A stretch of 32,283 bases of DNA. It comes from Candidatus Hodarchaeota archaeon (GTDB taxonomy: Archaea > Asgardarchaeota > Heimdallarchaeia > Hodarchaeales > Hodarchaeaceae). Below, one piece after another: positions 1 through 8,046 of the stretch. Every line of letters starts with the position of its first letter. Position 1 is the first letter of the stretch. Made by a program: the position numbers and the translations under genes. The notes under the pieces were generated by a model that saw nothing but the letters and a program-made list of their open reading frames with translations, was not told the origin of the DNA and ran no database searches. The DNA lies in contig JAEOTM010000175.1 of the NCBI GenBank assembly GCA_016839815.1, positions 1 through 32,283 on the forward strand. The letters run 5' to 3'.

Positions 1-356
1 AATCCGCAAGAAGATTTTGGACAGAAGGATAACTCATCTGGATATGTACGCTTTTACTATCCTGAAAAAACGTCTGATATTCTCTCCCACCTGAAGCCTG
101 AATATGCTTTTTCCAAAAATGGCCACAATCACCCGTTTTTATAACACGAAGAGATTGTCGGGAGAAAACAGCTTGATTTGATCCTGAATATCGTCCTTTT
201 TGGACGGGTACCCTACCACCTCAAGGAGAGGGACTTCTTCCGCGGTGATCCACCCTCCTTTGAGTAAAACACTTCCAAGAAGGTTAGGAATCGAGAGATA
301 ATTGGCCTGGAGAAATACCTGTTTGGGATCCGTATAGGAGTAATCAAACTCTCCTG

Positions 357-722
357 TTAAGAATCAGGTAATTTCTGGTATAATTTGTGTGTTTTGTTGT
401 ACTCTAACTTTTGGTACATTTCCCCAGGAGAATAGACTTTTCCCTCTCCATTCATTACATCTGTTTGAATCAAAAACGTCTTCATTGCGTTTAAGTCTTT
501 ATTGGTTGGAATATACCACATTCCTCGTGGAGTATTCATTAAGACCGATGTATTAATCTGAAATACTTGGTCACAGGATTTACACTTTGCAGAGAAGAGA
601 GTCCCCTCAAGAAATTCCTCAACGAGGTATGGATTTAGCCATGTACAGATACTCATAGGATAAGAAGCATTTATTGACTTTCCACACGGACAGTCGATTT
701 TGGTAAAACTATAACTTGTCAT
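357..722 (-). CDS. CpXC-domain (zinc-ribbon) protein
   Basis: N-terminal IDCPCG, then SI..WLNP.LVEEFLEGTLFSAKCKSC; the Cys pairs and spacing match the CpXC family pattern. Confidence 0.7.
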   Translation of the reverse strand: MTSYSFTKIDCPCGKSINASYPMSICTWLNPYLVEEFLEGTLFSAKCKSCDQVFQINTSVLMNTPRGMWYIPTNKDLNAMKTFLIQTDVMNGEGKVYSPGEMYQKLEYNKTHKLYQKLPDS

Positions 723-795
723 GATTGCTATAGGATTACTTCGGATTTAATAATTTATAGTTGGAGATATTGGTGACAAATTCTTAGAAAAAAGT

Positions 796-921
796 TCATT
801 TTCTTTTCGTTTTCTTCTTATCTTGAGAAGTCTGGTGAAGTGAAGCTTGAATAATCGCTTTCTTCTTCTCAACTTCTGCTTTTATCCTCGATTCGGGGGA
901 CCTTTGGGTGATACATCTCAT
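796..921 (-). CDS. Small basic protein, 41 aa (MRCITQRSPESRIKAEVEKKKAIIQASLHQTSQDKKKTKRK), absent from the ORF track
   Basis: Hand-translated. ATG at 921, TGA at 796-798, AAGGAG SD at 933-938 (minus strand); amphipathic helix IKAEVEKKKAIIQASL. Confidence 0.5.
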   Translation of the reverse strand: MRCITQRSPESRIKAEVEKKKAIIQASLHQTSQDKKKTKRK

Positions 922-1128
922 TTGCCAATTTACTCCTTATAGAGTATCGAAAACTAATTTTTATTAGGAAGATTTACTTCTGCAATCGCAAGAATAAATG
1001 AAGGACCCCCTCCCTTTAAAGATGGTTATTTGTGCATTATATCTCCTTGTATAAAATCAGTCAAAAGTATCCAAATTAGTCCTTCGGATTAAAAAGTGAC
1101 TTTTACTAATGAGATTGTTCCACTCAAA

Positions 1129-1347
1129 TCATCTAGGCTGGTTAAGTATGGTTTTGAATGTTGCTACTTTTTTGTCTCTCACTAGTAGCGGATTGGCTCT
1201 AGATTTCATTCCTAGGATATTCTGTCCCCTAGTAAAACTCGTCTGCTTTTCATCAGCCTTCGAAATTTGAGATTTTTCTAATTTGAACATCTTTTTGTTT
1301 GATTCTTGCTTAACACATGGATGTTTACTATTCTGAACTTCAATCAT
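1129..1347 (-). CDS. Small basic hypothetical protein, 72 aa
   Basis: Strong archaeal SD (AAGGTGA-AAAAAC-ATG), with an upstream TATA box and operators. Confidence 0.65.
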   Translation of the reverse strand: MIEVQNSKHPCVKQESNKKMFKLEKSQISKADEKQTSFTRGQNILGMKSRANPLLVRDKKVATFKTILNQPR

Positions 1348-1370
1348 GTTTTTTCACCTTAAATTAATTA

Positions 1371-1387
1371 TTCAGTTATTTACTGAG
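1371..1387. promoter_or_regulatory. Operator copy 1, TTCAGT-TATTT-ACTGAG
   Basis: Inverted repeat with a 5-bp spacer; same motif at 1398-1414 and 1635-1651. Confidence 0.7.
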
Positions 1388-1396
1388 CAATCTAAT

Positions 1397-1415
1397 GTTC
1401 AGTTAACCACTGAAC
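1397..1415. promoter_or_regulatory. Operator copy 2, GTTCAGT-TAACC-ACTGAAC
   Basis: Perfect 7-5-7 inverted repeat just downstream (minus sense) of the TATA box. Confidence 0.75.
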
Positions 1416-1418
1416 GAT

Positions 1419-1438
1419 CTTATATATAAGTCTTCATA
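1419..1438 (-). promoter_or_regulatory. BRE/TATA promoter for the leftward small-ORF transcript
   Basis: Minus strand reads TATGAAGA-CTTATATATAAG: a purine-rich BRE-like segment followed by TTATATA, about 70 nt before the ATG at 1347. Confidence 0.55.
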
Positions 1439-1634
1439 TTTAACCAATCACCTTTATTTTAGTAATAAACAGTGAAAAAAGTCTGAACCCTCTAATATTC
1501 TAAGATCATTGAATTTTCTATAAATTACTGATACCTTGTACCTTAAATATATTAACCAATTATACATTCCTTTCAGGATTTTGTGTAACCTTAGAAAATA
1601 GTGATAAAATGTAAAATAGAAAAGTTAAAAAACT

Positions 1635-1651
1635 TTCAGTAAATGACTGAA
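1635..1651. promoter_or_regulatory. Operator copy 3, TTCAGT-AAATG-ACTGAA, directly upstream of the wHTH regulator
   Basis: Perfect 6-5-6 inverted repeat about 20 nt before the likely ATG (1672). Confidence 0.7.
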
Positions 1652-1662
1652 TACAAGTTTGG

Positions 1663-2376
1663 TTGGTTTGGATGAACGACGTTACTGATCCCGAAATTAG
1701 CAAAAAAAGAACTATGTTATTTGATTTTTGGAAAGACATTCCTGTCACCTGTGAAATGAAAGATTCATGTGCCAAAATTGCTTACCAAGAAGTAAGAGGT
1801 CAAATTTTAGATATTTTGCGCGAAGGAATTGTAGATGAGCCTATTCCTGAACACGTTACAATTCCACGTCGTCACGCGTTAAGTGCACAGGAGTGTCAGA
1901 TGTACGTCAGTAAAAGGCTTGAAAGACGAGTGAAATTGTCTAATATTTATTTCCACTTGAATCGATTAGAAGAATTTGGGTTTATTAAAGAGATTGTTAC
2001 TATTAAAGGAAAAAAACATGATATTGCTTATTATGGTCGGACAGCTCAACTATTTCATTTTGGAGGATCTGATTCTAAGGAAAAATCAGAGGAAGATCAA
2101 AAGTTCCAAGAAGTTATGATTGCTGTACTTGAAGCATTTAATCCCACTCTTGAGAAAATGCAGATTACTTCCCTAATTGATAAATTGACAGTTAATTTGG
2201 AAGCACATCGTCTTGCACGGAATACCTGGTTTTCAGAAAACTCCCAACTCCTTAATAGTTTGGAATATGATATTCTTTATGTTGATAAATTTTTAAAACT
2301 TCTTCAAATGTCCTCTTCTGAGAATTATCAGATTGCACAAGAATTACGGCAACTGCTGAATTTTCCGCATGATTAA
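1663..2376 (+). CDS. Winged helix-turn-helix (ArsR-like) transcriptional regulator; likely start is ATG at 1672
   Basis: RGQILDIL...ALSAQE...SNIYFHLNRLEEFGFIKEI...YYGRTA is an ArsR/wHTH signature, followed by a helical C-terminal domain. Confidence 0.85.
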   Translation: MVWMNDVTDPEISKKRTMLFDFWKDIPVTCEMKDSCAKIAYQEVRGQILDILREGIVDEPIPEHVTIPRRHALSAQECQMYVSKRLERRVKLSNIYFHLNRLEEFGFIKEIVTIKGKKHDIAYYGRTAQLFHFGGSDSKEKSEEDQKFQEVMIAVLEAFNPTLEKMQITSLIDKLTVNLEAHRLARNTWFSENSQLLNSLEYDILYVDKFLKLLQMSSSENYQIAQELRQLLNFPHD

Positions 2377-2532
2377 GGAATTGGATCCCATAACTTTACC
2401 TTTTTACACCCCCTATGAAATTTTTTGCACTTTTATCCCAAGTTTCAATAATTTCTGTTGATCTAATAAGATCAAAAGATTCAAGGTCTTTAGTGTGAAA
2501 ACGTTGCTATCATTTCTTTTGATTGTTTAGTT

Positions 2533-2568
2533 CGAAAGCTTAATATATTAGTACTAATAATTAGTACT
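2533..2568 (+). promoter_or_regulatory. marR promoter (CGAAAG-CTTAATAT) with overlapping palindromic operator
   Basis: BRE/TATA-like element followed by the palindromes TATTAGTACTAATA (2546-2559) and AGTACTAAT-A-ATTAGTACT (2550-2568). Confidence 0.65.
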
Positions 2569-2603
2569 TGAATAAAAATCAATGAAGAATACAACGAATC
2601 GGA

Positions 2604-3080
2604 ATGAATACACAAATGAACCAAGAACCTGATTTGAATTATGAAAAAGGATCCATGCCTGATATTTTTTCTCTTGTAACCAAAATCTCCAAGAATTTGG
2701 ATAAATTTCAAAGAATGGTTCTCAATAAAACTCAACTCACACCAGCTCAGTATTCCGTTATTAATGCTCTGGGGAATGTAGGAGTTAATGGATTATCACT
2801 TACTCAACTAGCGAAGATTTGTTACTCCTCCAAGCCAACAATGACACATTTGATTGATACTCTAGAGAATAAAGAACTAGTCAAAAGAGTTCCTAATCCC
2901 AGTGATCGGAGGAGTTTGATGGTACAATTAACACCTGAAGGGAATAAAATGAAAACCGAAGTTCCTCCCGTCAATCATATTTATGCTGATTGTTGTTCAA
3001 TTTTAACGCCTGAAGAGTCTGATAAATTAAGCCTCCTATTAAAAAAGGTAAATTATGCTCTGAAGGGGTATTTAAACTAA
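2604..3080 (+). CDS. MarR-family transcriptional regulator
   Basis: LTPAQYSVI..., SLTQLAK...SKPTMTHLIDTLENKELVKRVPNPSDRRSLMVQLTPEG; the DRR wing motif is present. Confidence 0.95.
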   Translation: MNTQMNQEPDLNYEKGSMPDIFSLVTKISKNLDKFQRMVLNKTQLTPAQYSVINALGNVGVNGLSLTQLAKICYSSKPTMTHLIDTLENKELVKRVPNPSDRRSLMVQLTPEGNKMKTEVPPVNHIYADCCSILTPEESDKLSLLLKKVNYALKGYLN

Positions 3081-3105
3081 GAAACAATAGAACGGGGAAA
3101 AACAA

Positions 3106-3528
3106 ATGTATGAAACAAAACAAAAATCTAATTTACGATCTTTAATTGATAACCTACTAACAAGAAAGACTTTAATCTTTCTAATTCATGCTTTCATAGG
3201 TTGGGCTCTCTGTGGGGCCACAATGATGATAGGCTTAGCAGTAACTTCTGAAAATAATGCTATTTTAATCCATTTAGTAGCAGCACCAATCTTTTTTAGT
3301 ATTATTACTCATAACTATACCAAAAAATTCAATTATAATACTCCGGTACAAACAGCTGTTGGATTTATTACTTTTGTAATTCTGATGGATTTCTTTATTG
3401 TAGCGCCTTTTTTTGAGCAGAGTTATGAAATGTTCTATAATCCTTGGGGAACGTGGATTCCATTTCTTTTGAGTTTTATTGCAACATTTCTTACTGGGAC
3501 CTATGTGTCAAAAAAGAGTTCAACTTGA
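3106..3528 (+). CDS. Four-TM membrane protein of unknown function, probably co-transcribed with marR
   Basis: Four hydrophobic segments; starts 25 nt after the marR stop; GGGG-containing SD-like run. Confidence 0.75.
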   Translation: MYETKQKSNLRSLIDNLLTRKTLIFLIHAFIGWALCGATMMIGLAVTSENNAILIHLVAAPIFFSIITHNYTKKFNYNTPVQTAVGFITFVILMDFFIVAPFFEQSYEMFYNPWGTWIPFLLSFIATFLTGTYVSKKSST

Positions 3529-3564
3529 ATGAATGGACATTTTTGACTAGTATATTAGGCAAAG

Positions 3565-4884
3565 TTAACTAATCTCACTTTTTTTATCATCACTTAATCT
3601 TGGGAGGGATTTTAAGCCTATTCCAGCAATAATTGCACCAATAAGACTGATAACTGTTGTTAAAAGTATTGTTTCGGCAAATCCGAACATTTTTAATATT
3701 ATTCCCCCTGCTAGTGCCCCACCAATACCTATTAGATTCGTTACTGATGGTAGCAGCGAATATATTGCATTCCGTCTTTCATCTGGGACCAGATCCAAGC
3801 TCACCCGACTACGTAGAGTTCCCTCCAGCGGTTCCCATATACTAGGTAGCTGAAATACTAGGAATAATCCTATGACTAGCATAATATCGTACGAAGTGGG
3901 AGGAAACGTGAGATAATACCAATAGATTAATCCAAAGAAGATAGGATTTGAAAATGAGGTGGTTACGAATATCCATAGCTTCACATTTTTGAATCTCGAG
4001 ATATAGCGTACTATTATTAGTTGCCAGATGACTCCTGAAGCAAAGATAACAGCCCTAAAAAACGCTGTCGTATTATCTGATCCTCCTGAATACCCTTCAT
4101 AAATTTTGAATAAGAGAAAATTAATCCAGATACTATTATTCGCAGCCCAAATAATAGTTGAGCCAATGAAGAAAAGAGCTATCCCTTTCTCCGAGAAAAG
4201 AAAGTCTATCCCTCCTAAAAATTGAGTAAAATATTTTCTAATAGTAAAGTCATCAGTAGTTTCTATTCCATCTTTCATTAAGCTGAAAATGAAGAATGCT
4301 ACGAATAGTATGAGAACTAATGAAATTGCAAATAAAATCTTTCTACTAAAATAATAAGCGATCAATCCCCCAGCAATAAAAGAACCTCCCATTAACGCAT
4401 GTAAGAGAATACTCCTCTTTGCTTGAAACGACTTGTAGTACTCCCGATCTGGATCTGATGTTTCAGCAAGTACCCGATATTTATTATCAAACCATGATTC
4501 TAATGCCCCACTTTCCTGTGATGATGCTAATGCAGACACTCCACTATAGATTAATAGTGGAATGAACGAATCACTTACAATCAGTAGTATAAACGACAAC
4601 GCATGTAATCCATACGCCAGAATCAAGACTTTTTGAAAACCAATTATATCTCCGAGTACCCCAGTTGGGTAATCAATTAAGGTTAAGACCACATAACTTA
4701 CAGCAAAGAGTATTCCAGCTTCAGTAGACTCTAAGGTGTCTAGTAAATACAAAATGATGAACATTGATGAGATATTGAACGCTACCCAGCGTGTAGCATC
4801 TAGTACTAAATATCGTTTTAGTAATCGTCTAATACGGATCTTAGGAGTTTGAGATACGCTATAAGTTAGGGGTGTCTGACTCAT
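3565..4884 (-). CDS. MFS transporter (start reassigned from TTG 4917 to ATG 4884)
   Basis: About 12 TM helices; DYPTGVLGDIIGFQK (MFS motif A variant), SGALESW, VPDERRNAIYSL; GAGGG SD before ATG 4884. Confidence 0.9.
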   Translation of the reverse strand: MSQTPLTYSVSQTPKIRIRRLLKRYLVLDATRWVAFNISSMFIILYLLDTLESTEAGILFAVSYVVLTLIDYPTGVLGDIIGFQKVLILAYGLHALSFILLIVSDSFIPLLIYSGVSALASSQESGALESWFDNKYRVLAETSDPDREYYKSFQAKRSILLHALMGGSFIAGGLIAYYFSRKILFAISLVLILFVAFFIFSLMKDGIETTDDFTIRKYFTQFLGGIDFLFSEKGIALFFIGSTIIWAANNSIWINFLLFKIYEGYSGGSDNTTAFFRAVIFASGVIWQLIIVRYISRFKNVKLWIFVTTSFSNPIFFGLIYWYYLTFPPTSYDIMLVIGLFLVFQLPSIWEPLEGTLRSRVSLDLVPDERRNAIYSLLPSVTNLIGIGGALAGGIILKMFGFAETILLTTVISLIGAIIAGIGLKSLPRLSDDKKSEIS

Positions 4885-5013
4885 CGAATCCCTCAAAGAT
4901 ATGCAGAAGGGATTCAACAGAATGATTTTAAAAAAACTTGAGGTTGTGGTAAATTCCCAAAGTAATCTTTTTATTATAAAATATTCAGCCAGCTATCAAA
5001 CGAATGTATACAG

Positions 5014-5631
5014 GTGAATATTTTGAACATTTACCAACTACTAGCAATTTTTGCAATGCTTAGCCCTATAGTTTATACAACAATGTGGATTCTTGGTGGG
5101 ATCATACGCTCGGATTATAGTCATATTCGGGATGATGTAAGTTCTCTTTTTGCAGTCAACGCTCCTAGCCAGCGACTTTTTCAAGCATTTACATTTACTT
5201 CAAGCGCATTATTGTTAATCTTTTACCTAGGTCTTCATGAGGGACTAAATGATGGGAGTTCTGATATGTTAGGTCCAGTTTTATTTATCCTCAGTGGAGT
5301 TGTTGGTATCCTTATAGCTCTATTCTTCCCTCTCGATGAAGGAGGAGAGTTAATCACACTTAGGGGGAAAATGCACCTCATTCTTGTAGTTGTTATGGGA
5401 ATTCTTACCATTGGAGGAATGGTAGCCCTTTGGCTACGCTTAGATTCGGTACCAGAATGGAGTGCTTTTGCCACCTTTTCCCTGCTATCAGCAATTGTTT
5501 CTTTAATACTTATTACAATTTCAGGCATCTTTGCCTCTGGGAAGTATCGAGGCTTACTTGAACGCATAGGGGTTACTCCTTATATGCTCTATTACTTTGT
5601 GTTAGGATTAATGGTGTTTCTAAAGAATTAA
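5014..5631 (+). CDS. DUF998-family membrane protein
   Basis: YSHIRDDVSSL, FPLD, GKMH and GLLERI motifs with about 6 TM helices. Confidence 0.8.
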   Translation: MNILNIYQLLAIFAMLSPIVYTTMWILGGIIRSDYSHIRDDVSSLFAVNAPSQRLFQAFTFTSSALLLIFYLGLHEGLNDGSSDMLGPVLFILSGVVGILIALFFPLDEGGELITLRGKMHLILVVVMGILTIGGMVALWLRLDSVPEWSAFATFSLLSAIVSLILITISGIFASGKYRGLLERIGVTPYMLYYFVLGLMVFLKN

Positions 5632-5641
5632 ATTCTTCCTT

Positions 5642-5655
5642 AGGAGTTTTCTCCT
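5642..5655. terminator. Hairpin AGGAG-TTTT-CTCCT between convergent genes
   Basis: 5-bp stem between the DUF998 and methyltransferase 3' ends. Confidence 0.35.
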
Positions 5656-5683
5656 TCTCAAATTATTCTAACAAAGCTGTAAT

Positions 5684-6349
5684 TTACAACTTTTGAAACA
5701 AAATAAAACCAGAACGCTGTGGATTCATTTTGAAGTTCTTTATTTAATTCTGATATTTTTTTATTTGTGAAAGGATTTCGGATGAATACTTCCTCATTTC
5801 TCTTAAAGAATTCAGTTGATTTTCAAGTGGTTGGTAATACTCCTCCCACCATACACTTTTTGGCAAATAAAAATGTTCAATGATGAGATAGTTGTATTCA
5901 GAACCAGCATTAAGATACTGAGTTACTCTTTCAGCATTATCGTGAAGAAGAAGAAATCCACTGGATTTAATAAAACGTTTCCACTTTTGCATACTTGACT
6001 TGATTGAAATAAACCCCCCAATTCCTTCCGCCCAAATGATATCAAATGATTCATCAGGAAATTCCATATCGTGAAAGGAACAATTTTTTACTTCTATGCT
6101 GTCTTGTAACTTATTTTCTTTCACTCGATCCCTCAACTTCTGTAATTCTTGCTCATCTATGTCAATCGCAGTTACCTTCCCCTTACTTAACTGTGCAAGT
6201 TCAAGAGTCTGAATTCCAGCTCCACATCCAATATCTAAAATGTGTGGATGTTCAATTCTGGGTATCATATGATATGCTTTGCGGGTATACTTCAAGAATC
6301 TCTTTCTAAGGATATCTCGATCTATGATGGATGTCGTTTTGTTATTCAT
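5684..6349 (-). pseudogene. Class I SAM-dependent methyltransferase with an in-frame premature TAA at 5744-5746
   Basis: ILDIGCGAG, VTAIDID and FDIIWAEG motifs. The frame continues past the stop as IKNFKMNPQRSGFILFQKL* (5684-5743). Likely start is ATG 6349. Confidence 0.7.
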
Positions 6350-6375
6350 TACTTTTTCCAACGGATTCGGTTTAA

Positions 6376-6633
6376 AAATTTTCAAACTTCATTTCAGGAT
6401 GCTATACACCCTTATACTATTTTAAAAATTCTATCAAAGTGGATGACCCTTATGAGATAGCTGGAGGAGGAAACTGCAAAGATACCCATTCAGCAGTAGA
6501 ACCCATCTGTATAGCTCCTCCAGAAATTGAATCCACTTCTCGAACAATAAGTGATAGAATACCAGCTATACCTACCAGCTCGGTTTTCCTCATTCTGGGA
6601 GCTCTAGCTGTGTTATATAAAAAGAAAAGGTAA
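6376..6633 (+). pseudogene. C-terminal remnant of a surface protein with a CTERM-type sorting/anchor signal
   Basis: Ends with an S/T linker, IPAIP, hydrophobic SSVFLILGALAVLY and basic KKKR*. No signal peptide; in-frame stop at 6373. Confidence 0.55.
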
Positions 6634-6854
6634 AACCTGGAGATCCATACATCAAGAATAGATAGTTTGGTTTTCAAGGGATAGTATTGTTGTTGATGAG
6701 TATCTTCTCAAATAGACAACTACAACGATATCGACATCACCAATCACAACTCCTCAAGAAACTGTGACTTTAAACGAAATCACACAAAAAGGCCGAAAGA
6801 TATTTCCCGATTTTTAATCTCTGTTTCCTGTGACAGAATGCCCCTGAAATAACC

Positions 6855-8015
6855 GTGATCATGATGTCTAAAGTCGCACTTATACCTACAGGTCCACAAT
6901 CAGTAATCGAAGATTATGGCAAGCTAATGGATCATCTCAATTACCAATCATTTATTAAAAAAGATCTAAATACCGTTATTAAGATCAACCTATCATGGTC
7001 TCTCTTCTACCCCGCCTGTTCCACCCCGCCTTGGCAACTAGATGGTGTAATACAGAAATTAATATCTGATGGATTCCAATCAGATACAATTATCCCCACA
7101 GAAAATCAAACTGTCGTCACTCATCCTTGGAGTGGAGCATACAAAAATAAATGGTTACCGATATTAAATAAATTAAACACAACATATCGACCACTAACTA
7201 ATGAAAAATGGATTCCCTACTCTCCAAAAGGAGATGTACCAGCAATGCGAGAGCTATTTAAAGATAAAATCATTATTCCAGAGATTTTCAACGGGGCCAA
7301 CGTAGTACACCTTCCGACCCTCAAAACACATGGTCACACCGTCATGACGGGGGCAATGAAGAATGCTTTTGGAGGATTAATTCCTAAATATCGTCATCAT
7401 AGTCACAAAATGATCCACGAAATCTTAGTCGATCTTTTAACCATTCAAAAAGAAATTCATCCCGGTATACTTGCAGTAATGGATGGGTCCGTGGCTGGTG
7501 ATGGTGCTGGTCCTCGAATAATGACTCCTGTCTCAACAAACTTATTATTAGCTAGTGAAGATCAGGTAGCTATTGATGCTATTTCAGCAAAACTCATGGG
7601 TTTTGACCCTCTGAAGATTAAATTCATCAAGATGGCTCATGATCAAGGTCTTGGAGTAGGGGATGTTGATCAGTTAGATCTTATCGGTACGGATCCTGCT
7701 GACTTTAAAGCAATGAATTTTCACTTTAAAACCAAAAAAAGTCTAGTAATTCGCTGGGATCAACGGATTAGAAAAACTACTTACAAATACCGTCCTCTAA
7801 AACCCCTTCATTGGTTTCTGTTCTATACTCCATTTTTCAGGTTGTTTATTATGGCTTCAGGAGTTTATCATGATTGGATTTGGTATCCCCTCATTGGTAA
7901 TCGTCGAATTAAAAAATTCAAGACAGAATCCGAATGGGGTCAACTGTTTGATTCGTATGAATTTGGTCCTAAGATGGATAAATATCCAGAAATAAAAAAT
8001 TGGGATAGGTATTAA
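6855..8015 (+). CDS. DUF362-domain (putative Fe-S binding) protein
   Basis: IKINLSW...PACSTPPWQLDGVI, HLPTLKTH, MTGAMKNAFGG, DG..AGDGAGP, LLASEDQVAIDA. Confidence 0.85.
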   Translation: MIMMSKVALIPTGPQSVIEDYGKLMDHLNYQSFIKKDLNTVIKINLSWSLFYPACSTPPWQLDGVIQKLISDGFQSDTIIPTENQTVVTHPWSGAYKNKWLPILNKLNTTYRPLTNEKWIPYSPKGDVPAMRELFKDKIIIPEIFNGANVVHLPTLKTHGHTVMTGAMKNAFGGLIPKYRHHSHKMIHEILVDLLTIQKEIHPGILAVMDGSVAGDGAGPRIMTPVSTNLLLASEDQVAIDAISAKLMGFDPLKIKFIKMAHDQGLGVGDVDQLDLIGTDPADFKAMNFHFKTKKSLVIRWDQRIRKTTYKYRPLKPLHWFLFYTPFFRLFIMASGVYHDWIWYPLIGNRRIKKFKTESEWGQLFDSYEFGPKMDKYPEIKNWDRY

Positions 8016-8046
8016 CAGCACCTAGAATCCCTTAATGGGGTAAACG

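Noticed and set aside
1-253. Minus-strand frame GTG...SPSP-TGA-GGRVP... that stays open to the window edge, considered as a selenoprotein
   Set aside because: No CxxU/UxxC or known selenoprotein context, and no SECIS can be verified.
241-262. GGATCACC resembling the 16S rRNA 3' end, and nearby RNase P/SRP-like words
   Set aside because: Flanks do not match rRNA; the RNase P and SRP helix-8 consensus motifs are not satisfied.
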